Shown here: piece by piece, positions 30,770-41,541 of the stretch
How the letters are laid out: every line of letters starts with the position of its first letter
Numbering within the stretch: position 1 is the first letter of the stretch
Assembly (NCBI GenBank): GCA_965261735.1
Contig: OZ253470.1
Coordinates: forward strand, 4,928,001-4,992,000
Direction: 5' to 3'
Length of the DNA stretch: 64,000 nt
Origin: Alphaproteobacteria bacterium
GTDB taxonomy: Bacteria > Pseudomonadota > Alphaproteobacteria > SHVV01
Made by a program: the position numbers and the translations under genes
The notes under the pieces: model-generated
The model's database searches: none
The model's input: only the letters and a program-made list of their open reading frames with translations
What the model was told of the DNA's origin: nothing

Positions 30770-31875
30770 CTTGCCTATCCGGTTAACGCCCATGACCGCT
30801 ACATGTAGGGTGCCGCCACTCTCCCGAGTAAAGCTCGGCATAGGTTGGAGCAGAGGTGTCGCCCGCGATGCCGAGCAATGAGCGGAAGGCGTTGAACGGG
30901 TAGAACCGCCTGTTGAAGCGGAAGGTGAACTCGTTGAGGTAGGCTTGTAGGTGCTGGTGGCTAACGCCGTGGTGGATACCGATCAGCCACGTCTTCAGGT
31001 TGGCGAAAACCAGATGGATGATCGGCAGGTATTGCTCGGCAACCTCTGGATCACCACACTCGGCAACAGCGAAGTGCTCATAGCCGCGCTTACCGAGGCC
31101 AGCATAGCCGCTCCAATCGTCAGTAACGATCAGCGATCGCGGCGCGACGGTGCTCTCGACGAACCCACAGAGCGACTCGGCGCTACGGTCGAGCACAACG
31201 GCGAGCCGAACGCGTCCGGCATAGCGTCCGTCTTTCCGGTTGTCGAGCTTGGTGCCCGGCTTTCGATGACGCACCTCGATGGCACAGGAGACGGGAACCT
31301 TGTGGTGAACACCACGGCCTTCCCCACGCGTTCGCCCGCCAACCCAGGTTTCGTCCACCTCAACATGGTTCTTGGGCTGTCCACCGATCCTGTCTTGGTT
31401 GGGCCGCACCATGCCCGAGCGGAGCTTGTGGAGAATTTGAAAGGCCGTCTCGTAGCGCGAAAGACCAAGTTGCCGCTGAAACTGCACGGCGGACATGCCG
31501 GGCGTCTGACTGGCGACCAGATAAGCGGCCCAGAACCAGACGTTCAGCGGAGTGTGGCTACGCTCCATCACTGTTCCCACCGTCAGCCCGGTGTTCTGGC
31601 GGCACTTGCGGCAGCGCAGGACGCCAGGGCGGTTTTCAAAGTGGAACGGCTCTCACCGCCGTGCCGCAGTGCGGGCAGGCAAAGCCGTCTCCCCAGCGGG
31701 CTTTCTCCAGGTAGGCGGCGCAGGCCGCATCATCGGGGAAAAGTCGCTGGAACTCGGGTAGCGAATGCGGGAATGGGAGATCGGCGCGGTCGAGAACATC
31801 CATGGCGCGCTCCCCTATATCCGGGTTGCGCCCATTCTAGCCCTAGTGGGTGTGGGTGTCAACCGGATAGGCATG
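30770..31875 (-). mobile_element. IS1595-family (ISSod11-like) element, copy 2, full length but frameshifted
   Basis: Ends CTTGCCTATCCGGTT / AACCGGATAGGCATG; 8-bp TSD GCTCATTC (30762-30769, 31876-31883). One extra base near 31655 relative to copy 4 breaks the frame. Confidence 0.93.
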
Positions 31876-31905
31876 GCTCATTCGTCGATCATACGCGAAA
31901 AAAAG

Positions 31906-32075
31906 GGGCTTACATACTTAACTTGACAGGCGGCAATCCCGCGCTCGCGTCAGTCGGTACGAACGTAACACAACAGCCCAAGACCGGAAAAACCACTCTT
32001 CGGCGACCGCATTGCAGCTAAGACGGGGGCCACGGCAGCCGGCGAACCTGCCCGTCAAGCTAAGTATGTAAGCCC
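31906..32075. repeat. 28-bp imperfect inverted repeat, each arm containing TTGAC
   Basis: 31906-31933 GGGCTTACATACTTAACTTGACAGGCGG versus the reverse complement of 32048-32075, GGGCTTACATACTTAGCTTGACGGGCAG. Confidence 0.85.
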
Positions 32076-32118
32076 AAAAAAAACCGCGGTCCCACCGGCA
32101 ACCACCGGCAGGACCGCG
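32076..32118 (-). terminator. Probable Rho-independent terminator after the SBP pair
   Basis: CGCGGTCC...GGACCGCG stem followed by a T8 run on the minus strand; the loop is long. Confidence 0.55.
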
Positions 32119-32140
32119 CACAGCTTGGGTACGTTTGGGC

Positions 32141-33289
32141 CTACGGCCAGCGTTTGAGGACACCCTTCTCCGTGATTTGGACCAGGATCGGCTCGGGCCG
32201 GTAGATGTCGCCGATCTCGGGCCAACTGATCGTACCGCTGATCGTCTCCAGGTTCTTGACGGAGAGGAAGCCGTCGCGAACCGCCTCGCGAGTCAGCTCC
32301 GGCACGTCGTTGAGAATCTTGGCGAGGATCTGTACGGCATCGTAATAGGTCGTGACGAAGGGATCCGGTGCCTCATCCATGCGACCGGTATTCTTCCGCC
32401 ACACGTCGACCCACTCCTGGACCATCGGCCGCATGTCATTGGCTGCGTAGGCCGCGTAGCCGAGCGACCCCAGGCCCTTGCCCTTCGAGAGGATCCAGAA
32501 GTCCGCGCCGCCAACGACGGTGCCGCCGACGACTTGAGCCATGACCCCGCGATCGCGCAGCTGTAGCACCAGGGTACCGCCTTCACCGGGTTGGTGCATC
32601 GGGTCGATGGCGTCGGGCTTGGCCGCCCGTATCAGCGCCACCTGAGAGGCGAAGTTGGTTTCCTTGCCACGAAACCCCGTGTCCGCGACGACCTCGATGC
32701 CAGCCTGCTCGGCCGCCGCCAAGTGCGCCTTCCGGTTGTTGGTCATCGCCTCGTCATCGAGGGTATGCGAGAAGGCGATCGTGTTGATGCCGAGTTTCTC
32801 CTTGGCCTTGGCGAAGAGGACCGGCATCACCTGATAGGCCATCGGGGCATAGCGGAATGTCCAGTCGCCGAAGTCCTTGTGCGGCCAGTGCCCGCCGGAG
32901 CTCGGGTTGAACACGGGGACGCCGCACCTGTTGGTGTCCTCGTAAATGGCGAGCGTGCTCTTGGTCGCGCCGACGCCGAAGATCACGGGCACGTCCTTAT
33001 CCGCGCACAGCCGGCGAAACTCGGTGATCCATTGCGCGGTGTCGGGGAAGCGCGTGTCGACCTTGTAGAACTCCAGTGGCCGCCCCTTGATCCCGCCTTC
33101 GCGATTGACCTTTGCCACGCCCGGCATCAGACCCTCGTTCCATACGCGCTCACCGAACTCGATGTAGGGTCCAGAGAAGATGTAGGGAAACGGCAACCTC
33201 AATGGTTCTTTTGACTGCGCCTGCGCGGCACCGACGACGGCGACGAGCGACGCCGCCACAGCGGTTACAAAAACGGAAAGCTTTCGCAT
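32141..33289 (-). CDS. Periplasmic binding protein type 1 (LivJ/K-like), paralogue 1
   Basis: Sec signal, FSGPY...G, VNREGG.KG, TNFASQV, YDAV. Confidence 0.9.
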   Translation of the reverse strand: MRKLSVFVTAVAASLVAVVGAAQAQSKEPLRLPFPYIFSGPYIEFGERVWNEGLMPGVAKVNREGGIKGRPLEFYKVDTRFPDTAQWITEFRRLCADKDVPVIFGVGATKSTLAIYEDTNRCGVPVFNPSSGGHWPHKDFGDWTFRYAPMAYQVMPVLFAKAKEKLGINTIAFSHTLDDEAMTNNRKAHLAAAEQAGIEVVADTGFRGKETNFASQVALIRAAKPDAIDPMHQPGEGGTLVLQLRDRGVMAQVVGGTVVGGADFWILSKGKGLGSLGYAAYAANDMRPMVQEWVDVWRKNTGRMDEAPDPFVTTYYDAVQILAKILNDVPELTREAVRDGFLSVKNLETISGTISWPEIGDIYRPEPILVQITEKGVLKRWP

Positions 33290-33370
33290 TACAAGACCTC
33301 CCTTGTTGAAAAGAAAGAACGCGGCCCCACCCAAGTCACTTCGGCAGGACCGCGCCCACGCATTCTTAGC

Positions 33371-34516
33371 CTACGGCCAGCGCTCGAGGATGAAGTTGTC
33401 CTTGATCTGGACGATAATAGGCTCGGGCCGGTAGATGTCGCCGACCTCGGGCCAGCTCACGGTGCCGCTGATCGTCTCCAGGTTCTTGATCTTGAGAAAA
33501 CCGTCGCGCACCGCCTCGCGCGTTAGCTCCGGCGCGTCGTTGAGGATCTTCGCCAGAATCTGCACGGCATCGTAGTAGCTCGTGACGAAATTGTCGGGTG
33601 CGTCGTTGGGCCGCTTGGTATTTTCGCGCCACAGCTTGACCCACTCCTGCACCATCGGCCTCGGGTCATTGGCCGCGTACGCGCCATAGCCAATCGCACC
33701 CAACACCTTGCCCTTGGACAGCTTCCAGAAGTCCTCGCCGCCAATAATGGTGCCGCCGACAATCTGCGAATTGACGCCTCGGTCGCGCAACTGCAGAACC
33801 AGCGTCCCGGCATCGCCGGGCTGATGAATGGGATCGACCGCATCGGGTTGAAGCGCCCTGATTTGCGCGACCTGAGCCGCGAAGTTGGTCTCCTTGCTCC
33901 TGAACCCGGTTTCGACCACGATCTTGATACCGGCATCCTGGAGCGCCGCCTTGTGGATGTTGAAGTTGTTGACGTTGGCCTCGTCGTCGAAGGTGTGCGA
34001 GATGGCAATGGTCTTGATACCCAGCCTCTCCTTAACCTTGGCGAACAGGACCGGCATCACCTGATAGGCCATTGGCGCATAGCGGAACGTCCACTGGCCG
34101 AAGTCCTTATGCGGCCAATGGCCGCCGGAGCTCGGGTTGAACACGGGAACGCCGCACTTGTTGGTGTCCTCGTAGATCGCGAGGGTGCTTTTGGTGGCGC
34201 CGACGCCAAAGACGACGAACACGTCCTCGTCGGCGCACAGGCGGCGGAACTCGCTGATCCACTGCGGCGTGTCGGGAAAGCGCGTATCGACCTTGTAGAA
34301 CTCGAGCTCCCGCCCCTTGACGCCGCCTTCGCGGTTGACCTTTGCGACGCCCGGCACGAGACCCTCGTTCCAAACCCGCTCCCCGAACTCAATGTAGGGC
34401 CCGCTGAAGGTGTACGGGAAGGGGAGCCGCAACACGTCCTTGGATTGCGCATGCACAACGCTAGTCACTGCAAGCGTAGCCGCAACTACAGCGACGAAAA
34501 GAGAGACTCTCTTCAT
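33371..34516 (-). CDS. Periplasmic binding protein type 1 (LivJ/K-like), paralogue 2
   Basis: Close tandem duplicate of 32141-33289. Confidence 0.9.
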   Translation of the reverse strand: MKRVSLFVAVVAATLAVTSVVHAQSKDVLRLPFPYTFSGPYIEFGERVWNEGLVPGVAKVNREGGVKGRELEFYKVDTRFPDTPQWISEFRRLCADEDVFVVFGVGATKSTLAIYEDTNKCGVPVFNPSSGGHWPHKDFGQWTFRYAPMAYQVMPVLFAKVKERLGIKTIAISHTFDDEANVNNFNIHKAALQDAGIKIVVETGFRSKETNFAAQVAQIRALQPDAVDPIHQPGDAGTLVLQLRDRGVNSQIVGGTIIGGEDFWKLSKGKVLGAIGYGAYAANDPRPMVQEWVKLWRENTKRPNDAPDNFVTSYYDAVQILAKILNDAPELTREAVRDGFLKIKNLETISGTVSWPEVGDIYRPEPIIVQIKDNFILERWP

Positions 34517-34694
34517 ATCGTCCTCCCTCTGAAAGTGCCTTTACTCCACCCCGCACCGTCCAAGTTGAACTTCGCCGATGCGGTATGAGCTGGAACCATT
34601 TTTTATGTCGCGGACATTAGCCCGGTCTCGTCCCAGATACTAGTCAAAGTCTGCGTGATCGGAAACAATCGGAACCGCATTGGCGGCGCGGCCA

Positions 34695-35519
34695 TCAACG
34701 ACGTAGGAACTCCGTGACCAGCGGGTTGAACCGATCCGGGTGCTCACCCATCGGCTGGTGGCCGCACTGGTCGAAGATGTGGAGCTCGGCGTTGGGCAGG
34801 CGCGGCATCGCCTGCTCGGTGAGCTCGCAGGAGGCACGGACATCTTCGCGTCCGGTGACGACGAGGGTCGGCACGGCAATGTCTTCCAGCCGTTGGTAGA
34901 CGCGGTACTCCTCCGAGTCCGCGGTTTTCATCAGCCCCGCCATCATCTGCTGATAGAACGGAAAGCGGTCGGGCAGCGCATAGGAGGTAAGCTGGGCGAG
35001 GATCAGGGCTGAGTCCACTTTCTCACGGTCGTAGTAGGTGTTGGCCATGCGGTTGCGGCAAGTCTCGAACGTGGGGTCACCCATGGCCGCGGTACCGTTG
35101 GCGATGGCGCCAGCGAGCGCGCGCTTGAACTGCTCGGGCGGATGGAACGTCGAGCCGCTGCCAATCAGAATCAGCTTGTCGATACGCTCCGGCCGATCGA
35201 AATAGAGCAGCGCGGACAGGAGCGCCCCGTAGGAGCTGCCGCCGACGTGGAACCGTTCCCATCCGAGCGCATCAGCGAAGTGCCCGAGATGGGCGACCAT
35301 GTGCTTCTGGGGCGCCTCGGTGAGGTCGATCGAGTCGGTGAAGCCATGGCCGATCAAATCGGGCGCGCACACGGAGAAGTTCTCACCGAGGGGATCGATG
35401 TTGTACTGCCACTGATCGGCAATGCCGCCCGCGCCGTGGATCAGCATGAGCGGCGCGCCCGAACCCTCGTGGTAATAGCGCGTGTTGACGCCCTCGACGT
35501 CTATGTAACTGATTTGCAG
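34695..35519 (-). CDS. Alpha/beta hydrolase (meta-cleavage-product hydrolase-like)
   Basis: LIHG.GG, PDLIGHG, GSSYG nucleophile elbow, GRED, CGH. N-terminal homology extends to a CTG at 35519 preceded by GGAGGG. Confidence 0.88.
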   Translation of the reverse strand: MQISYIDVEGVNTRYYHEGSGAPLMLIHGAGGIADQWQYNIDPLGENFSVCAPDLIGHGFTDSIDLTEAPQKHMVAHLGHFADALGWERFHVGGSSYGALLSALLYFDRPERIDKLILIGSGSTFHPPEQFKRALAGAIANGTAAMGDPTFETCRNRMANTYYDREKVDSALILAQLTSYALPDRFPFYQQMMAGLMKTADSEEYRVYQRLEDIAVPTLVVTGREDVRASCELTEQAMPRLPNAELHIFDQCGHQPMGEHPDRFNPLVTEFLRR

Positions 35520-35551
35520 CTGTCCCTCCCCTCCCGTTGGTGGACCGCGCC

Positions 35552-36565
35552 CTACACGAGGTAGGGAGCGACCTCGGCGTCGGCGGTCGCGATGCCGGCG
35601 AGGTCGGGCGCCCGGGCGACGTAGAACTCGAGGCGCATGTCATCGGGGTCTTTGATGAAGAAGCTACGCTTGGTCTTGTTGTCGAGGCGTTTCTCGATCG
35701 CGATGCCGGCCCCTTCGAGCGCGGCCTCGGCCGCGTCGAGCTCGGCTTCACTGGCGATCTCGTAGCTGTAGTGGTGGACCGCGCCCTCGTCCCCGGCCGC
35801 AGGCCGGAACAGGGCTATATCGCAGGCGTAACCGGCGTTGGGGCCGGCGAGGCAAACGATGCCACCATCCGACGACTGGTAGACGACCTCGAGGCCGGCC
35901 ACGTCGCGGTAAAAGCCGATCATCCGTTCGTGCGAGCGCGTCATGACGGTCGCATGGGTGATCCGGATGGGATGCACGAGCGCATCCTCGACGCGCCGTA
36001 GCTCGTAGCTCGCATGGTAGCGCGGCTCGGTCACCGGCGCTGCGGCATTGGGATCCCAGCCGCCGGTGATCGCCTCGCCCGACATCCCGTTGAACACGGT
36101 GCGCCAGTCGACGATGAAGTCGGCGTAGAACTCGTTGAGATTGCCGTCGGGGTCGAAGACATAAATGCTGTGCGAGAGCGTGTGGTCGACGACGCGATGG
36201 ATGTCGAGACCCGATTCGACCGCCCGGTTATAGGCGTCGACCAGCTGTTTCTCGTTCTCCATCTCCCAGCCGAAATGGTTGAGCCCCGCGGCCAGACCGC
36301 GGCCTCGCGGGACCTGCACGTGACCGTCGCGGCCGATGATCGGCTTGTCACCGTGCTGCACTTGAATCAGGCCGAGATCGTGATGGGTGTTGCCGTTCGA
36401 CAGGAACGAGGCGGGAATGTGCGGCTCCTCGAACACTTGCTCGACACCGCACACCTTCGTGTAGAAGTGGGTCGAGCGCTCGAGGTCGCCGACGAACAGG
36501 TTGAAGTGACCGAGCCGGCGCGGCGAAAACATCACCGCCGGCGCTTCACGAGTTTGAACGGACAT
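35552..36565 (-). CDS. Two-domain VOC/extradiol-dioxygenase-like protein (intact)
   Basis: RLGHFNL, THHDL, GLNHFGWE, DHT...IYVFDPDG..NEFY; second VOC domain follows; GGAGG upstream. Confidence 0.88.
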   Translation of the reverse strand: MSVQTREAPAVMFSPRRLGHFNLFVGDLERSTHFYTKVCGVEQVFEEPHIPASFLSNGNTHHDLGLIQVQHGDKPIIGRDGHVQVPRGRGLAAGLNHFGWEMENEKQLVDAYNRAVESGLDIHRVVDHTLSHSIYVFDPDGNLNEFYADFIVDWRTVFNGMSGEAITGGWDPNAAAPVTEPRYHASYELRRVEDALVHPIRITHATVMTRSHERMIGFYRDVAGLEVVYQSSDGGIVCLAGPNAGYACDIALFRPAAGDEGAVHHYSYEIASEAELDAAEAALEGAGIAIEKRLDNKTKRSFFIKDPDDMRLEFYVARAPDLAGIATADAEVAPYLV

Positions 36566-36642
36566 GCGTTCCTCCAATCGTTTCAAGTTGGACGGGCGCG
36601 GAGGGCCGAGGCCGGTGCGGCGATCGGGCTCGGCCGCGCGCC

Positions 36643-37740
36643 TTACGCGACATCGTAGAGCGCGGCCGTGTTGGCGCCGACGATCTTAGCCTGATCGTCT
36701 GCCGACAGGCCATCGAGAAGCTTGGCGACCTCGCCATGCGCGTTCACGCCGACCGAGCGGACGTGGGGGAAATCCGACCCCCAAAGGACGCGGTCGGCGC
36801 CAAGTGCCTCGACTGCCTGTGCGCCATGGCCATCGTCGATCCAGCCATGCCAGGTGCGTTGGCGGACGTAGTCGCTGGCCTTGGGGAGTTCGAGCTTGGG
36901 CAGCGGCAGGCGCTTAGCGAACGAGGTCTGCAGCATGTCGATGCGCCACAGGAAGTAGTTCATCCACGACAGCTCGAACTCGCTGCAGATGATCTTCAGG
37001 CTCGGATGGCGGTCGAAGATCCCGCCGAAGATGAAGTCGGCCGCGAGCGTGCCCTGGATCTCGTGATAGATGTCGAGCGCCGTTCGCGGCGCCTCGCCGA
37101 ACTCCTCCGGCGTGTGGGGATGGAGCGGGTCGGGCACCCATCCGGTGATCGAGTGTAGCGTTACCGGAACCCCCATCTCGGCGGCCCGCGCCCAGAACGG
37201 ATCGTACATCTTGTCGCGATAGGGCGTGCTGCCTTGCGGCGCCCGGCAGTTCACGGTGACCCCGCGGAATCCCATCTTGATGCAGCGCTCCATCTCCTTG
37301 ATGGCCCAGTCGACGTCGACGAGCGGAATAACGCCGATGCCGATGAGCCGCGCCGGATCGTGGGAGAAGAACTCGCGCAGCCAGTCGTTGTAGACCTCGG
37401 CGCACGCCTTGAGCGCCTCGAAGTGCTTGCTCTGCATAATCACGAGCAGATAGCTCGGATACAGAATCTCGGCCTTGACGTTGGCCTCCTTCTGAAACTT
37501 CACGCGGATGTCGGGCTCGTAGCCGGCCATGTACCAGCCGCTCTCACGGTGCTCGCTGTCGGTATCGCCGAAGATCAACACCTGGCGCCCGGTGTAATAG
37601 TAGTTCCCCTTCTTACCGAGATATTCGCTCATGTGATGCGGGATCTCGTCGCCGAACTTGTCGCCGAGCGCCTTCTCCCACATGTCCGGATATTCGAAAA
37701 TGTGCGAATCGCCGGAGACCATCGTGCCGTATTGAGTCAC
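36643..37740 (-). CDS. Amidohydrolase_2-family protein
   Basis: SGDSHIFE, YNDWL, WGSDFPH; GAGGAGG upstream of GTG. Confidence 0.9.
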   Translation of the reverse strand: MTQYGTMVSGDSHIFEYPDMWEKALGDKFGDEIPHHMSEYLGKKGNYYYTGRQVLIFGDTDSEHRESGWYMAGYEPDIRVKFQKEANVKAEILYPSYLLVIMQSKHFEALKACAEVYNDWLREFFSHDPARLIGIGVIPLVDVDWAIKEMERCIKMGFRGVTVNCRAPQGSTPYRDKMYDPFWARAAEMGVPVTLHSITGWVPDPLHPHTPEEFGEAPRTALDIYHEIQGTLAADFIFGGIFDRHPSLKIICSEFELSWMNYFLWRIDMLQTSFAKRLPLPKLELPKASDYVRQRTWHGWIDDGHGAQAVEALGADRVLWGSDFPHVRSVGVNAHGEVAKLLDGLSADDQAKIVGANTAALYDVA

Positions 37741-37789
37741 GGCGGTTCCTCCTCGTTTCCCCGGGCGCGCCCGACAGCTGTCCGGTGCG

Positions 37790-38890
37790 CTAGTGGATGT
37801 TGTAAAGAGCCGCGGTGTTGGCGGCGATGATCTTGTTCTGGTCGCCTTTCGACAGGGCCCCGAGGAGCTTCGCGGCCTCGCTCTGCGTATTCACGCCCGG
37901 TGAACGAACGTGCGGGAAGTCGGACCCCCACAAGACGCGATCGGTTCCCAGCACCTTGACCGCCTCGGTGCCATGCCCGTCGTCGATCCAGCCATGCCAG
38001 GTGTTGCGGAAGATGTAGTCGCTCGGCTTCGCCAGATCGAGCTTGGGCAGCGCTACCCGCTTGGAGAGCGACCCGTGCATCATGTCGATGCGCCACAGGA
38101 AGTAGCTCATCCACGACATCTCGAACTCGCTGCAGATGATCTTCAGGCTTGGATGGCGGTCGAGTATGCAGCCGAAGATGAAGTCGGCGCCGAGCGTGCC
38201 CTGGATCTCGTTGAACTGCTCGATGACCCACCGCGGGGCCTCCGGGACCTCCTCCTCGGTTTGCGGGTGGAACGGCGAAGGCAACCAGCCCGTCACCGAA
38301 TGTAATGTCAGAGGAAAACCCAGCTCGGCCACGCGAGCCCAAAACGGGTCATACATCTTGTGGTGATAGGGTGGGCGCTCGCGCAAGCCGCGGCAGTTCA
38401 CCATGGCGGCGCGGAACCCGTTCTTGGCGCAGCGCTCGAGCTCCTTGACCGCCCACTCGGTGTCCATCAGCGGGATGAGCGCCACGCCGAGCAACCGGGC
38501 CGGATCGTGGGAGAAGAACTCGCGCAGCCAGTCGTTGTAGACCTCGGCGCACGCTTTTAGCGCCTCCATGTGTTGGCTCTGCATCACGGCGAGCCCGAAC
38601 GTGGGGTACAGTACCTCCGCCTCGACGCCAGCCTCTTTCTGGAAACTGATCCGCACCTCGGGCTCGTGCCCCGCGGTCCCGAACCCCGAGTCGCGGTGCT
38701 CCGAGTCGGCCTCGCCGAGGGTCAGCACCTGGCGCCCGGAATAGTAGTAGTTTCCCTTTTTGCCCTTCCATTCGGACATGTGGTGCGGGATTTCGTCGCC
38801 GTATCGATCGCCCAGCGCCTTCTCCCACAAATCGGAATTCTCGATTACGTGCGAATCCGCCGAAATCACCCTCTCGTATTCCGCTGCCAC
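37790..38890 (-). CDS. Amidohydrolase_2-family protein
   Basis: ISADSHVIE, YNDWL, WGSDFPH; start placed at GTG 38890 after AGGGAG. Confidence 0.88.
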   Translation of the reverse strand: MAAEYERVISADSHVIENSDLWEKALGDRYGDEIPHHMSEWKGKKGNYYYSGRQVLTLGEADSEHRDSGFGTAGHEPEVRISFQKEAGVEAEVLYPTFGLAVMQSQHMEALKACAEVYNDWLREFFSHDPARLLGVALIPLMDTEWAVKELERCAKNGFRAAMVNCRGLRERPPYHHKMYDPFWARVAELGFPLTLHSVTGWLPSPFHPQTEEEVPEAPRWVIEQFNEIQGTLGADFIFGCILDRHPSLKIICSEFEMSWMSYFLWRIDMMHGSLSKRVALPKLDLAKPSDYIFRNTWHGWIDDGHGTEAVKVLGTDRVLWGSDFPHVRSPGVNTQSEAAKLLGALSKGDQNKIIAANTAALYNIH

Positions 38891-39006
38891 GACCGTTACT
38901 CCCTGCGCGTTAGTTTTGGGCCCGCGTTGGGGTCGGAGGTTAGCACCGGCCCCCCGAAGTGTCCAGCGAGAGCGGCTTGCGCGGTGGCTGGCCGGCGAGG
39001 TGGGGA

Positions 39007-39978
39007 TCACGCGCGCCGCCCCGCAACCATGCGTCCCAGGCGTTCGAGCGCCGTCGCGATCAATCCACGCGGCAGCACGACGACCGAGACCATGAAGACG
39101 ACGCCGAGGGCCAGTATCCAGTAGTCACCCAGCAGCTCCGCGAAGTAGCTCTCCATCAGGCGCACGGCGAGCACCGCCAGAAACGCCGCGAGCACCATCT
39201 CCCTGCCGCCGAGCGCAACCCAGATCAGAGCCTCGGCGGAAAGGCCGAAGCCAATTAACGTGGGTGAGGCGAACTCGTCGACGGCGACGAACAGGGCCCC
39301 GGCCAGTCCGGCTATGGCGGCGCCGATGACGAACACGCACAGCCTGATCCACATCACCCGGAGCCCGAGAAAAGCGACCCGCTCGGGGTTCGCCTTCACG
39401 GCCGTGAGCACGACGCCGAACGGCGAGGCGACCAGGCGGTCGAGGAAGAGGTAGACGGCGGCGGTAATGCCCAGGACGACGTAGTAACGCGGTGCCGGCT
39501 CGATTAGCGGGGCCGGGGCGCCCCACAGGGCGAAATCGAGCGGCGGCACCCCCGAGAGCCCATTATCCGCGCCAAGGAAGTACCAGCTCTTGACCCCCTG
39601 CTCGAGGATGTAGGCGATGGCGAGGGTCACGATCGCGAGATACGCACCGCTCAACCCGCGGCCCCAGAAGAGGGCCATGCCGAGCAGCGCGCCGAATAGG
39701 GCCGCAACGGCGATCGCCGAAGCGAGGCCCACGTAGCTCGAGACGCTGATCCCGAGCAGGCCCATGGTCAGCGCCGCCATGACGTAGCCGCCGAGACCGA
39801 AAAAGATGGCCTGGCCGAAGCACAGGATGCCGCCGCGGCCCCACACGAGCGAAAGCGACATGGCGAACAGCCCCAAGATCACGTAACGGGCCGCCTGATC
39901 GGTCCAGTACTCGGCCGCGAATACCGGAACGACCGCGAGCACCACGAAGACGCTGAGGGCGAGGCCTCTAGGCGCCAT
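39007..39978 (-). CDS. HAAT-type ABC permease (UrtC/LivM-like)
   Basis: LVWG.GG.LCFGQ.IFFG.GGY, IWVALGGR. Confidence 0.9.
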   Translation of the reverse strand: MAPRGLALSVFVVLAVVPVFAAEYWTDQAARYVILGLFAMSLSLVWGRGGILCFGQAIFFGLGGYVMAALTMGLLGISVSSYVGLASAIAVAALFGALLGMALFWGRGLSGAYLAIVTLAIAYILEQGVKSWYFLGADNGLSGVPPLDFALWGAPAPLIEPAPRYYVVLGITAAVYLFLDRLVASPFGVVLTAVKANPERVAFLGLRVMWIRLCVFVIGAAIAGLAGALFVAVDEFASPTLIGFGLSAEALIWVALGGREMVLAAFLAVLAVRLMESYFAELLGDYWILALGVVFMVSVVVLPRGLIATALERLGRMVAGRRA

Positions 39979-40828
39979 CGCGATCCCCGAGAATACCCTG
40001 CGGCCGCATCCGGATGACGGCGATGGCGAGCGCGAACACGACGATCTGCGCCACCACGGGCGACAGCCACAGCGTGAGCAGATTGGTGCCGCCGCCGACC
40101 AGGGTGCCGCCGACGAGCACGCCGGCCAGGGGCCCCGCGCCGCCGACCATGATCGAGATGAATCCGGGAATGAGGTAGCCGAGCCCCATGTGCGGATCGA
40201 CGCTGATCAGCGGCGCCACCAGCGCACCCGCGAGGCCGGCGAGGCCGGTACCGATGACGAAGCTCGCGCGATAGAGGCGGCGCGTATCGATGCCGAGACA
40301 AGCGGCGGTATCGGGACGGGCGATAACGGCGCGCGCCATCAACCCGAAGTCGGTGCGCAGGAACACCCAGAAGGTCGCCGCGACGATGACGACGGCGATG
40401 CCCATCAGGAGCAGGCGGTAGACCGGATAGGTGGCCTCGCCGAGAACGAGTGTCGCCTGCACCGGTGCGACGACGCTGTGCGATGCCGGCCCGAAGACCA
40501 GCACCACCGCCTGCTTGAGGGCGATCGACAGGCCCCAGGTGGCGAGGATCGTATCGAGAGGGCGGCGATAGACGTGGCGCACCAACAGCGCCTCGATGAG
40601 GTAGCCCGCGGCGCCGACGACGACGGGCGCGGCCGCGACCGCGAGCCAGAACGGGGCGCCCGCACCCGTGGCCGCAACCACCGTATAGGCGCCGAGCATG
40701 AACAGCTCGCCGTGCGCCATGTTGATCACTCGCATCATACCGAACACGACCACCAGGCCGAGCGCGACCAGGATGAGGATGAGCACGAACGACGCCATGT
40801 TGAGCGCGGTGATGAGGACATCGGCCAT
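39968..40828 (-). CDS. HAAT-type ABC permease (UrtB/LivH-like)
   Basis: ALGL.VVFG.M.VINMAHGE, LDTILATWG. Confidence 0.9.
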   Translation of the reverse strand: MADVLITALNMASFVLILILVALGLVVVFGMMRVINMAHGELFMLGAYTVVAATGAGAPFWLAVAAAPVVVGAAGYLIEALLVRHVYRRPLDTILATWGLSIALKQAVVLVFGPASHSVVAPVQATLVLGEATYPVYRLLLMGIAVVIVAATFWVFLRTDFGLMARAVIARPDTAACLGIDTRRLYRASFVIGTGLAGLAGALVAPLISVDPHMGLGYLIPGFISIMVGGAGPLAGVLVGGTLVGGGTNLLTLWLSPVVAQIVVFALAIAVIRMRPQGILGDRDGA

Positions 40829-40836
40829 CGCTGGGC

Positions 40837-41540
<704 letters not shown>

Positions 41541-41541
<1 letters not shown>

